A stretch of 64,000 nucleotides of DNA from the NCBI GenBank assembly GCA_963779315.1, contig CAVZXQ010000003.1:85482-149481 (forward strand). Reading direction: 5' to 3'. Below the pieces are notes generated by a model, which was given only the letters and a program-made list of their open reading frames with translations, was not told the origin of the DNA and made no database searches. The DNA is from an uncultured Chloroflexia bacterium. Lineage in GTDB: Bacteria > Chloroflexota > Limnocylindria > Limnocylindrales > CSP1-4. The position numbers were made by a program, and so were the translations under genes. Below, in pieces: positions 50,456-59,894 of this stretch. How positions within the stretch are numbered: position 1 is the first letter of the stretch; each line of letters opens with the position of its first letter.

Positions 50456-50725
50456 GGCAGCGTGTTCGTCCCAGGCTCGAGGGGTTGGGTAGGGGTCGCC
50501 CAGTATAGGGCGGTGCCGGCTGCGGCGGCTGCGGCCGCTGCTTCCGTCGCCTCGACAGGTCACCCGCTGGGTCTCGCCGGAACGGAGTCTCCGCAGAGGC
50601 GATTCCCGGATCTTTCCGATCATGCAGAACGACCTGCTCGGATGAGCGGATGGTTTCGCTTGACTGGAACCATCGCTCGATGGCCTTCCTGCGCGCCGAC
50701 CTCTCCAGCGGGTGCCCCGCCGAGA

Positions 50726-52388
50726 TCAGGCCTTGTGCAGGTCCTTGAGGATCCGCTCCGCGGCCAGCTTGCCAGGCGCGCCCACCACGCAACCACCGGG
50801 GTGCGTGCCGGAGCCGCACTGGTAGTAGCCGTCGATCGGCGTCCGGTACTGGCTCCAGCCCGGGGCCGGCCGGAAGAAGTACATCTGCGGGGCGAGGAAC
50901 TCGCCGGCGAAGATGTTGCCCTCGCTCAGGCCCACGACCCGCTCGATGTCGAGTGGCGTGACCACCTCGCGCTGCAGCACCAGGTCGCCGAAGCCCGGGA
51001 AGAAGGACTCCAACGTGGCCTGGACCGTGTCGCCCAGGTTCTGCCGCTCGGTGTCCCAGTCGCTCTCGCGCAGCTTGTAGGGCGTGTACTGGATGAAGCA
51101 GCTCATGACGTGCTTGCCCGGAGGCGCCATGTCGGGATCGATCGTGGACTGGATCGCCGCATCGATGTACGGGCGCTGGCTGTACCAGCCGTACTTCGCG
51201 TCGTCGAAGGCGTGCTCCAGGTAATCCATCGACGGCCCGATGTTGGTGAAGCCGCGGAACTGGTCGCCGCGGTCGCCCAGGGCCGGGTACTTCGGCAGGC
51301 CATCAAGGGCGAAGTTCACCTTGGACGACGTGCCCTGGAAGCGGAACCGGGTGATGCTCTCGACCAGATCGGTCGGGAGCTCGCGCGGGTTGACCAGCTC
51401 CAGGAACGTCCGCCGCGGGTCCAGCGCGCTGACCACGGTCTTCGCGTGGTATTCCGTGCCGTCCGCGAGGGCGACGCCGGTGGCGCGCCCGTCCTTGGTG
51501 ATGACTTCCTCGACCGGCGACTCCAGCACGATCTCCGCCCCGAACGACCTTGGCCGCCCGGGCGAGGACCTGGGTGAACCCGCCGTTGCCGCCCTTGTGG
51601 AACGCCCAGGCGCCGAACTCCCCGTCGTGCTCGCCCAGCGAGTGGTAGAGCAGGACGAGGCCGGAGCCCTGCGACCGCGGTCCCACCTTGGAGCCGATGA
51701 TCGCGGACGAGGCCAGGTAGCCCTTGAGGATGTCCGACTCGAAGTAGTCGTCGAGGAAGTCGGCGACGCTCCCGGTCAGCAGCCGGACCGCGTTGTGCAG
51801 GGTCCGCTTGTCGAGCTTCCTGAAGCGCGAGCCGAGGTTCGCGAGGGCCAGCAGCTCCTCGGGGTCGTCGCTGAAGATGTCCGGCGGCGCCATGTCCATC
51901 AACGGCTTGAACGCCTGCAGGACCATGTCCATGTCGTGGGCGTACTGGTCGTACGCGTCCGCGTCGTGCTGGCTGTGGCGGGCGATCTCCTTCTGGTTCA
52001 GGCCACGGTCCTGGCCCATGAACAGGTAGTCGCCGTTCTCCATCGGTGCGAACGTGGAGGACATGAGCAGCGGCATGAAGCCGTGCTTGGTCAGCTCCAG
52101 GTCCTGGATGATCTGGGGCCGGATGAGGCTGAGCGCGTACGAGAAGGTCGTGAAGTTGAAGCCGGGACGCAGCTCCTCGGTGATCGCCGCCCCGCCGACG
52201 GTATGCCGCCGCTCGATGATCAGCGTCTTGAGGCCGGCCTTCGCGAGATAGGCCCCGTTGACCAGGCCGTTATGGCCGCCGCCGATGACGATGGCGTCGT
52301 AGGTCCGGTCCGAGGCGCCCGCCTTGGCCTTGGCCCTGGCTTTCGGGGTGGCAGTAGTCTTCTTCGTCGTCTTGGTCGCCATCGTCAT
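50726..52388 (-). CDS. FAD-dependent oxidoreductase of the phytoene-desaturase (CrtI)/amine-oxidase superfamily (one frame change near 51540)
   Basis: ORF 51303..52388: Lys-rich N-terminus, then YDAIVIGGGHNGLVNGAYLAKAGLKTLIIERR dinucleotide fold. C-terminal half in ORF 50726..51529 ending ..YQCGSGTHPGGCVVGAPG. Confidence 0.8.
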
Positions 52389-53588
52389 GCCGTCTTTCGT
52401 GCCGGGAGGTAGAGCGGATTACGCGCGGTCCGGGCACGCACGTACTCGTACTTGTGGTTCACGTCCACCTCCAGGCGGATCTCGGTTCCAGGCGCCGCGA
52501 GCTCGGGCCGCACACGGACCAGGGCGATGTGGCGCTGGAGGATGGGGGAGTACATGTAGCTTGTGGCGTAGCCCACCTGCTGCATGTCGTCGTCGTAGAC
52601 GAAGAACTCCTCTTCGATGGGCGTGTGGTCCTTGGGCGCGATCAGGCCGGCCTCGTTGTAGGTCCGCTCGTAGTCGAGGTAGTCGACGAGCAGGCCGGTC
52701 AGGCGCCAGCGCGACGTCTTGTCGGCCAGTTCACGCTCGAGCGCACGGCGCCCGATGAATGCCCGGTCGCTCGTCGCCAGGTCGCGGAACATCCAGCCGA
52801 ATCCGAGCTCGATCGGGGTGGATCGATCCTCGTCGGTCCAGGCGAAGCGGCTGGACGAGAAGTCCACGTCCAGGAGCAGCAGGCCGGCTTCGATGCGCAG
52901 CATGGACAGGGCATCAAGGCCGAACGGCAGGACGCCGTAGCCCTGGACCGACTCCCACAGCGTGTCCCAGACCTTCAGCGCGTCCGCGCTGTCGATCCAC
53001 AGTTCGTAGCCCAGATCGCCGCTGTAGCCGGTCCGCGAGACGGTCACCGGGGAGCCGGCGATCTTGCCGTGGGCCAGGCCGAAGTAGGGGATGGTGGCCG
53101 CGTCGGGGATGAGCCGCGAGACCAGGTCGCGTGACCGCGGACCCTGGATCGCGAGGGTGCCCAGGTCGTGGCTGATCTCCTCGATCGCGACCTGCTCGTG
53201 GCGCCCGACCAGGTCCTGGAAGTAGGCGAGGTTGGGTTCGGCGCAGGTGAGCAGGAACTCGTCCTTTCCGGGCCGCAGGATCGACGCCATCCTCGACGAC
53301 GAAGCCGCGATCGTCCAGCCAGACCGTGTACTGGGCGTTGCCGGGCGCACATGTCCGGATGTCGCGGGCCAGGACGCCGGCCAGGAACGACTCCGCGTCG
53401 CGGCCGTGGATGCGGTACTTGAACAGGGGCGAGGAGTCGAAGATCCCGGCCGAATTGCGGACGGCGAAGTACTCGAACTTGTCGGAGATCTGGTAGCGCT
53501 GGGCGGCGAGGTGGCCGGACCAGTGGCTCCACAGGCCGGTCTCGTTCAAGGCGCTCGTTCGCTCGTGGAATGGTGATGTGCGGATCAT
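52385..53588 (-). CDS. GcvT-family aminomethyltransferase-like (folate-binding) protein (one frame change near 53290)
   Basis: ATG 53588 MIRTSPFHERTSALNETGLW .. AVRNSAGIFDSSPLFKYRIHGRDA (ORF 52914..53621). ..TLAIQGPRSRD .. VSRTGYSGDLGYELW (ORF 52385..53350). Its stop overlaps the ATG of the flavoprotein gene (ATGA 52385..52388). Confidence 0.8.
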
Positions 53589-53676
53589 GCGGCCCCTCGT
53601 GTGCGACCAGGACCGCGCCACGGTAGCGGACGGTCCGACTCTCGTGCAACGGCGGCGTACCCCGTGGGACAGGACC

Positions 53677-53720
53677 CTCAGCCGCGACGACCTCCAGGTC
53701 GGACGACCGCCGCGGCTGAG
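53677..53720 (-). terminator. GC-rich hairpin downstream of the TolB-like gene (no U-tract)
   Basis: ctcagccgcg (53677..53686) pairs perfectly with cgcggctgag (53711..53720). An inner cgacct/aggtcg stem is also present. Confidence 0.3.
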
Positions 53721-53771
53721 TGCGATCGGGGTTGGCGCCGGGACGGGATGCCGGGCCGCGGACGCGACGGC

Positions 53772-55061
53772 CTACGGTTCAGTGGCGGTTCGCTGCCAGC
53801 TGAGTCCGCCTTTGATGGGCAGGACCGCTCCGGCATCGCCGGCCGGGTCAAACTGCTGGATCGCCCCAGTAGCCCAGTCGTATCGAAGCACCGATGTGGC
53901 ATCCGGCGCCCAATCGAATCCGAGCCCGCCATCCACATCCGGCACGCTCGGACCGATCGGCGTGAACGACCCGTCGCCATCCACGGACGCGATGACCGCA
54001 TCGACACGTTCGTCGACGACATGCTTGAACATGATCCGCTGACCGTCAGGCGACCAAACGGCCCAACACTCACAGGCTGATGTCGGATCGAACTCGAGTT
54101 CGCGGTCCTTCGTCACGGCACCTTCCGGTGTGACATCCGCGACGTGGAGTCGGAGGTTGAAGTCGCGGTCGGGCCGATCCACCTGCGCGTTGTAGGCGAT
54201 CCTGGTGCCATCCGGCGACCAGGCCGCTCCTGTGAAGTCGTACTCGCGCCCAGGGTTCGGGAGCCCAGGGCCCTCGAGTCTTGTCACGCGCGAGTCGGCG
54301 AGGTCGAGCACGTACAGGTCGGCCGTGTTCAGGGGCCCCCAGCCGCGGAAGGTCAGCTGCGTCCCGTCCGGCGGGCGGAACTCCGGCCACTCGGCGGGCA
54401 TGCCGAGGTCGAGCGTCTTGCTCGGGGAACCGTCGGTCGAGGCGATGGTGATCCCCGGGGCGCCGTTGATGGCCGATTCGATCGCGATCGTGCGCCCGTC
54501 CGGCGACCACACCCAGCGTGTGATGCCCTGCGGGAAGGGACCCGCGGCCTGCACGATGTGCGATCCGTCTGCTCGGGCAACCATGACGAGGACGCCGTCC
54601 GGGCCCTGCCGCAGGAACGAGATCAGGTCACCACGGAACGAGTAATACGGCTCCGAATCCCGCTCGGGACCGCCGATGATCGCGCGGGTCTCGTTCGTGA
54701 TCGGGTCGATCGTGAAGATGTCACTTCCGTCCCCAAAGAGCATGAGTCCGTTTCTCGCGGGGCCGAACGGTGGCGGCAACTTGGTCTGCCGGGAGCCGAC
54801 GAACGCGGCGACCGCGACGGCGAGCAACGCGATGATGATGAGCGCCACCCCGATCGCCCGCAGCGGCATGCGCGGAGCGAACGCGGGACGGCTGGCGATA
54901 TCAGCCATGGGGAACCACCTTTCGGGGAAGGTCCAGGCGGGCCGCTGGCTCGTGGCCGCGGTCACGCCCAGGATGTCGGTCAGGTAGTCGGGCGTGTGCG
55001 GCCCGGCGAGGTTCTCGAGGTCCATCGGGAGATCCCGTTCGAAGCGGTCGGCGGCGGTCAT
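53772..55061 (-). CDS. Membrane-anchored ECF-sigma partner with a TolB-like PD40 beta-propeller ectodomain (candidate anti-sigma factor)
   Basis: Intact ORF. ATG overlaps the sigma stop (ATGA). Cytoplasmic MTAADRFERDLPMDLENLAGPHTPDYLTDILGVTAATSQRPAW. TM helix AIGVALIIIALLAVAVAAFV. PD40 repeats WSPDGRTIA, WSPDGTRIAY, WSPDGQRIMF. Confidence 0.7.
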   Translation of the reverse strand: MTAADRFERDLPMDLENLAGPHTPDYLTDILGVTAATSQRPAWTFPERWFPMADIASRPAFAPRMPLRAIGVALIIIALLAVAVAAFVGSRQTKLPPPFGPARNGLMLFGDGSDIFTIDPITNETRAIIGGPERDSEPYYSFRGDLISFLRQGPDGVLVMVARADGSHIVQAAGPFPQGITRWVWSPDGRTIAIESAINGAPGITIASTDGSPSKTLDLGMPAEWPEFRPPDGTQLTFRGWGPLNTADLYVLDLADSRVTRLEGPGLPNPGREYDFTGAAWSPDGTRIAYNAQVDRPDRDFNLRLHVADVTPEGAVTKDRELEFDPTSACECWAVWSPDGQRIMFKHVVDERVDAVIASVDGDGSFTPIGPSVPDVDGGLGFDWAPDATSVLRYDWATGAIQQFDPAGDAGAVLPIKGGLSWQRTATEP

Positions 55062-55627
55062 GCGAACTGCCCTCCGGCGACCGGCGTCGAGACGGTCGTG
55101 TCATCGATGGTCATCGCGATCCGCATGGCGGACAGCGAACGGTGGAGCCGGGACTTGGCGGTCCCGAGCGGGATACCGAGGACGCTCGCCGCCTCGGGCA
55201 GCGGCATCCCCAGGTAGTAGTGCAGGACGACGAGCGCTCGCCATTCTGGATCGAGGCGCTTGAGCGCTCCGTCCAGTAGGTCGCGATCGGCGATGAGCGA
55301 CGCGATGTCGCCGGTGACCGGGCCGTCGATCGGGGAGATCTCCACCTCGATCGCCCGTCGTCGCCGACGTCGCGTGATGTCAAGGCATGCGTTCACGGTG
55401 AGTCGATGGACCCACGCGTCGAACCTATCTGGATCCCGCAGCGAGCGGAGGTCCCGCCAGGCTCTGACCAATCCATCCTGGACCGCGTCGCGCGCGAGCT
55501 CCGGGTCCCGGAGGATCAGCCGGGCCGCCGCGTCCAGCCGCGCGATGGCAGCGCCGGCCAGCACGGCAAAGGCGTCATGATCGCCCTGCCTTGCCTGCTC
55601 GACGAGCATCCGCTGGTCCACGGTCAC
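55058..55627 (-). CDS. ECF (group 4) sigma-70 factor
   Basis: Intact ORF. Region 2 ELARDAVQDGLVRAWRDLRSLRDPDRFDAWVHRLTVNAC. Region 4 LDPEWRALVVLHYYLGMPLPEAASVLGIPLGTAKSRLHR. Confidence 0.9.
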   Translation of the reverse strand: MTVDQRMLVEQARQGDHDAFAVLAGAAIARLDAAARLILRDPELARDAVQDGLVRAWRDLRSLRDPDRFDAWVHRLTVNACLDITRRRRRRAIEVEISPIDGPVTGDIASLIADRDLLDGALKRLDPEWRALVVLHYYLGMPLPEAASVLGIPLGTAKSRLHRSLSAMRIAMTIDDTTVSTPVAGGQFA

Positions 55628-55805
55628 CCTCTGTCACGGCACGGCCATGGTGGTCGTGCTCGGATGGTATGGCGTCGTCGCGTCGCAATTCGTTCCCGGC
55701 CGGGCGTTCGGCGCCTGTCGCTTGCCAGGGCCTTCACTCACTCGGGTCCGTGCCAGATCGCAACCAGGGGCGTTAGGCCCGCCGAGCTCTCCATCCCCGG
55801 GCGTG

Positions 55806-55842
55806 CCGAGGCGGCGGCTCACCATGGAGACCGCCGCCTCGG
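55806..55842 (-). terminator. GC-rich hairpin between the two ECF modules (no U-tract)
   Basis: Perfect 12-bp stem: ccgaggcggcgg (55806..55817) pairs with ccgccgcctcgg (55831..55842). A second bulged hairpin lies at 55857..55888, immediately after the stop of the 55891..57165 gene. Confidence 0.4.
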
Positions 55843-55890
55843 ACTGGGAGTGGGATCGACTCGGAGGCGAGGAGGCCGCCTCGAGTCGCC

Positions 55891-57165
55891 TCAGGGGGCG
55901 GTCGGCAGGGCGTCGAGGATCTGGACGGTGTCGACCAACGACTGGTCGATCACCTCCTTGCCGTTCTTGATGGCCCACCCCTCGAAGACGAGCGTCGCAC
56001 CGTTCGCCTCCGTCACGAACAGGGTGTCGTCGCTGCCGATCGGGGCATTCCAGAAGAAGTCTGGGTTGGTCTCGGCCTTCGGGACCCAGGTCAGGACCCC
56101 GGTCCGGTCATCCGGGTTGCCATCGAAGTTCCAGCACGGCGCCTTGATTGTGTCGCCGATCTTGAATTCGACCTTGACCGCTGGGCGGCCGTCGATCGTC
56201 ATGTCCTCCTGGCTGAGGACGGTGAACCGCGGATCCTCGTTCAGATAGGCCAGGAAGCCGTCAATGCCGGGCGCGAGCGCGAGGCGGCCCTTGGTGAGGT
56301 CGCACGGGTCGGCGAAGCCCTCGAGGTCCTTCCAGATCTTGAGCCCGATGTCGTCGCTCTCGATCGACACGGTGTCGATCAACGAGTACTCGCTACCGGG
56401 GAACGCCTTCGCCGGAAGGTCGAGCGCGAGGTACGGGGTGAAGGCCGTCGCGACACCCTTGCCGCCGTTGTTGCGGAACCCGATGTTCCGCTGCCAGGTC
56501 CCCGCGAGGATGACGCCACGGACCTGGCACGCGTCCTCGATGAGATCAAGAGTCAGCCACTGCCCGTCCGCCGACACCGACCAGCGGTACGTTCCCTCGT
56601 CGCGGACCTGGCAACCCGATCCGCCGCCTGGCGTGTTGAGCGAGAACTGGAGGACGCCGGGTTCCGCCTCGGACAGGTTGGATCCCAGCGCACCCAGTTC
56701 ACGCGGGTTGCCCGGACGGTCGATCGAGAAGGCCGGGGCAGAGTCGTCCACGGACGATCCACCAAGGACGATCGTCGTGATGGTCGGGTCTTCGACCGGC
56801 GTGCCTCGCGACGGCGCCACCCAGCCGCCGACCACCTCGGGCGGAGGCGGGACGGAGCCCACGGACGCGCTGGGGCTCGGTGTCGGGCTGGGCGATGCGC
56901 TGGGCGCACTGACGCCCGGGTCGGTCCCTCTAGAGAGCATGAACCCGCCACCGATCACGATGACGAGGGTCGCCACGGCCGTGGCAAGGATGGGGAGACG
57001 AGTCATCTGGATATCCCTTCCTGGGAGCCAGCGCGACCACGGCCAGACCTGCGGCGTGATCTCGACGGCCTGCAGGACGGCGGCGACCGAACGCTCCGGC
57101 GCGCGATCGGGTCCCAGCTCGAGCCAGGCCCGAGCGAGTCGATCGAAGTCCCGTTCGTCGGTCAT
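55891..57165 (-). CDS. Membrane-anchored ECF-sigma partner with an uncharacterised Cys-containing ectodomain (candidate anti-sigma factor)
   Basis: Intact ORF. ATG overlaps the sigma stop. Cytoplasmic MTDERDFDRLARAWLELGPDRAPERSVAAVLQAVEITPQVWPW. TM helix ILATAVATLVIVIGGGFML. PSPTPSPS linker. Ectodomain with MTIDGRPAVKVEF. Confidence 0.6.
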   Translation of the reverse strand: MTDERDFDRLARAWLELGPDRAPERSVAAVLQAVEITPQVWPWSRWLPGRDIQMTRLPILATAVATLVIVIGGGFMLSRGTDPGVSAPSASPSPTPSPSASVGSVPPPPEVVGGWVAPSRGTPVEDPTITTIVLGGSSVDDSAPAFSIDRPGNPRELGALGSNLSEAEPGVLQFSLNTPGGGSGCQVRDEGTYRWSVSADGQWLTLDLIEDACQVRGVILAGTWQRNIGFRNNGGKGVATAFTPYLALDLPAKAFPGSEYSLIDTVSIESDDIGLKIWKDLEGFADPCDLTKGRLALAPGIDGFLAYLNEDPRFTVLSQEDMTIDGRPAVKVEFKIGDTIKAPCWNFDGNPDDRTGVLTWVPKAETNPDFFWNAPIGSDDTLFVTEANGATLVFEGWAIKNGKEVIDQSLVDTVQILDALPTAP

Positions 57166-57752
57166 GCCATCCGCCCTTCGGACGCGACCGGCGCCGCGTC
57201 GGCCTCGACGGCCGCGCGCAACGCCCGGGTCGCGTAATGGAGTCGTGAACGGGCCGTGCCGTCCGGGATGCCGAGGGTCTCGGCGATCTCGGTGAGCGGC
57301 AGGCCGATGTGGTGATGCAGGACGAAGACGGCCCGCTGCTCCACCGGCAGGCGCCGGAAGACGCGCTCGAGCTCGTCGCGATCAACGATAGACAGGAGGT
57401 CATCCGGTCCGGCCGGTCCGTCGACCGGCAGGACTCGAATGTTGGCCGCCCACGTCCGGCGACGCCTGGCCTCGGCGTAGCAGGCATGGACCACCAGCTT
57501 GCGGACCCAGGCTTCGAAGCGATCCGGGTCCCTCAGTGTCGGAAGACGGCGCCAGACCGAGACCAACGCCGCTTGCATGGCGTCCTCGGCCAGATCGCTG
57601 TCGCGCAGGATCCGGGCGGCCAGCGCATAGGACCGGTCACTGATCGCCTGGACCAGTGCTCCGAACGCTTCGCGATCGCCGTCCCTCGCCCGTTCGACGA
57701 GATCTCGCACCGACTCTCCCTCCGTGGCCGCACCATCCGGTGGTGCGGTCAC
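57162..57752 (-). CDS. ECF (group 4) sigma-70 factor
   Basis: Intact ORF. DLAEDAMQAALVSVWRRLPTLRDPDRFEAWVRKLVVHAC. Region 4 LPVEQRAVFVLHHHIGLPLTEIAETLGIPDGTARSRLHY. Confidence 0.9.
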   Translation of the reverse strand: MTAPPDGAATEGESVRDLVERARDGDREAFGALVQAISDRSYALAARILRDSDLAEDAMQAALVSVWRRLPTLRDPDRFEAWVRKLVVHACYAEARRRRTWAANIRVLPVDGPAGPDDLLSIVDRDELERVFRRLPVEQRAVFVLHHHIGLPLTEIAETLGIPDGTARSRLHYATRALRAAVEADAAPVASEGRMA

Positions 57753-57890
57753 TACCTATGAGTGGTCGCTGTGTCCCGAACGTTCATGCCGTTTGTCAGA
57801 TTGACGGCGGTGTGGTCGTGACCATACGCTCAGTCTACCGACCGCGGGACCGTATGCCCTCTTCGGCAAGGTGGTCGGGCAGGAGGGTTC

Positions 57891-58124
57891 GATGCTTCAG
57901 CACATCATCGGCAGCGTCGTCGGCGCAGCCGTCGCGTGGTTCGTCCTCGTCCTCACCAACGCCGCGAACTCGATGCCCAGTACATGACGGCGGTCGTCAT
58001 CGGGGCGATCGCGACCATCCTGTGGCCGCTGGTCATCGGCTTCTTCCTGGCCCGCCGCGTCAAGAACAAGCGCGACGAGCAGATCCAGAAGGAAGTCGAC
58101 AAGCAGATCGCGGCGCAGAAGTAG
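57891..58124 (+). CDS. Small two-helix membrane protein (frame change near 57960)
   Basis: ATG 57891 MLQHIIGSVVGAAVAWFVLVLTNAA (my translation) joins ORF 57936..58124 (..YMTAVVIGAIATILWPLVIGFFLARRVKNKRDEQIQKEVDKQIAAQK). Confidence 0.4.
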   Translation, partial: DASAHHRQRRRRSRRVVRPRPHQRRELDAQYMTAVVIGAIATILWPLVIGFFLARRVKNKRDEQIQKEVDKQIAAQK

Positions 58125-58161
58125 CGAGTCGGCGGCCGCGGCCGCCGTCGTTCGCCGCGGT

Positions 58162-58938
58162 CTACTCCCAGCGGAAGGTCCGGGCGGTCAGCGCGACCGC
58201 CCCGGCCGCCCACGACAGCCAGGATCGCGAACGGCCGCCGGACCTCGCCCCGGAACCGAGCGCGGACCGGAACGCCTCCGACAGGGCGGCCGCCGGCAGG
58301 AACCCGGCCACGGTCGCCAGCGGGCCGGGCAGGTGATCCACCGGCACGACGATCCCGCCCAGCAGCAGGCAGGCGATGAAGGCCGCGTTCGCCAGCGCCA
58401 GGGTCGCCTCCGCTCGCAGCGTGCCGGCCATGAGCAGGCCCAGGCCCGCGAACGCGAGCGTCCCGAGCAGTAGCGCCGCCACGAACCACGCCAGCGATGC
58501 ATCCGGTCCGATCACCCAGCCCAGCCAGACCGCGATCGCCCCGAGCAGGACCACCTGCAGCAGTTCGATCACGAGCACGGTCGCGACCTTGGCGGTCATC
58601 AGGCCGGATCGCGTGAGCGGCGAGCCGCCCAGCCGCTTGAGGACGCCGTAGTTGCGCTCGTAGGCGGTCGCGATCCCCAGGTTGACCAGGCTCGTGGCGA
58701 TGACCGCCAGCGTCAGCGCCCCGGGAAAGAGGAACGCGATCGGGTCGCCGGCCACGCTCGGCACCAGGTTCATCGAGGCGAAGAAGACCAGCACGACCGC
58801 CGGGATGATGACCGTCACCAGGACGTTCTCGCCGCGCCGGGACGTCAGCCGCAACTCCATGCCGATCTGGGCCAGGGTGGCCGCCGAGGCGCTCGCTGGA
58901 CCGCTCGCGGGGCGCTCGCCTGCCGCGATCGCGCTCAC
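58162..58938 (-). CDS. ABC-2 type transporter permease
   Basis: GTG 58938 within ORF 58162..59097. ..LAQIGMELRLTSRRGENVLVTVIIPAVVLVFF .. ERNYGVLKRLGGSPLTRSGLM .. six hydrophobic helices. Confidence 0.7.
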   Translation of the reverse strand: MSAIAAGERPASGPASASAATLAQIGMELRLTSRRGENVLVTVIIPAVVLVFFASMNLVPSVAGDPIAFLFPGALTLAVIATSLVNLGIATAYERNYGVLKRLGGSPLTRSGLMTAKVATVLVIELLQVVLLGAIAVWLGWVIGPDASLAWFVAALLLGTLAFAGLGLLMAGTLRAEATLALANAAFIACLLLGGIVVPVDHLPGPLATVAGFLPAAALSEAFRSALGSGARSGGRSRSWLSWAAGAVALTARTFRWE

Positions 58939-59894
58939 GGCTCGACCTCTCGGCCGGCGCTCGACGAGCTCCAGGTACGCCTCCTCGAGCGAGCCGCCGG
59001 TCGTCCGCGCCTCCACGATGAGTCGACCGGCTGCGGCGCACCAGCTCGCGAGTGTCGCCAGCAGCGCCGGGTCCGGCCGCGACGCCATCCACGGCATAGC
59101 GACCCTCGTCCCGCCTCCGCGACCAGCCGGGCGCCCGGATGCGTCCGGCCAGGGCCGACCCCAGCCCAGCGACCTCGTCCTGGGCGAGTGGCCGGTCCAG
59201 GCGGAACCGAAGGCGGGGTCGCGTGCCGGCGGTCAGTTCCGCGGGCGTCCCGGAGGCGACCAGCCGGCCGCCGTCGAGGATGCAGATGCGGTCGGCCAGG
59301 CGCTCCACGTCCGTCAGGTCGTGGCTCGTCAGCAGGATCGCGACGCCGCTCGAGCGGAGGTCCGTGATGATCTCGCGCGTCACGGCCCGGGCTTCCGGAT
59401 CCATCCCCGCGGTGGGTTCGTCGAGGATCGCCACCTCCGGGCGGCCGACGAGGGCCACCGCCAGGCCCATCCGCTGCTTCTCGCCACCCGAGAGCCGCTT
59501 GAACGGCGTGCGTGCCACGGCCGACAGGCCGACGAGCTCCAGCAACTCATCCGGGATCGCGCGGCGACCGGTGGAACGCCCCGTACTGGACGAGCGTCTC
59601 GCGCGGCCGCGAGCGCGGGTCGAAGCCGCCGCCCTGGAGCATCAGGCCGACCCTGGCCTTGAGCGCGCGCCCGCCGGTCGCCGGATCCTCGCCGAGGACC
59701 CGGACCGATCCACCGTCGCCCGACCGGTAGCCTTCGATGATCTCGACGGTCGTCGTCTTGCCCGCGCCGTTGGGCCCCAGCAGGGCCACCAGCTCACCCG
59801 GGCGCGACGGTCAGCGACAGGCCATCGACCACGGTCCGATCGCCGTACCGCTTCGAGAGCTCCGACACGACGATCGCCGGAGCCGATCGGTCAT
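58935..59894 (-). pseudogene. ABC transporter ATP-binding protein, about four frame changes
   Basis: ATG 59894 MTDR.. then [23 protein letters not shown] (my translation). [15 protein letters not shown] (ORF 59547..59789). LSGGEKQRMGLAVALVGRPEVAILDEPTAGMDP .. LLTSHDL (ORF 57953..59545). C-terminus ..GGSLEEAYLELV (ORF 58162..59097). Confidence 0.8.

Noticed and set aside
53589-53771. Possible glycine riboswitch upstream of the GcvT-like gene
   Set aside because: Reading the minus strand, I find no GGAGAG ... CACCG ... tandem aptamer cores. The main structure is a hairpin better explained as the terminator of the upstream TolB-like gene.
55692-55696. GGAAC (minus strand) about 65 nt upstream of the 55627 sigma gene, considered as an autoregulated ECF -35 box
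   Set aside because: No convincing -10 (CGTC/CGTT-like) element occurs at the right spacing. The other two paralogous sigma genes do not show the same motif upstream.
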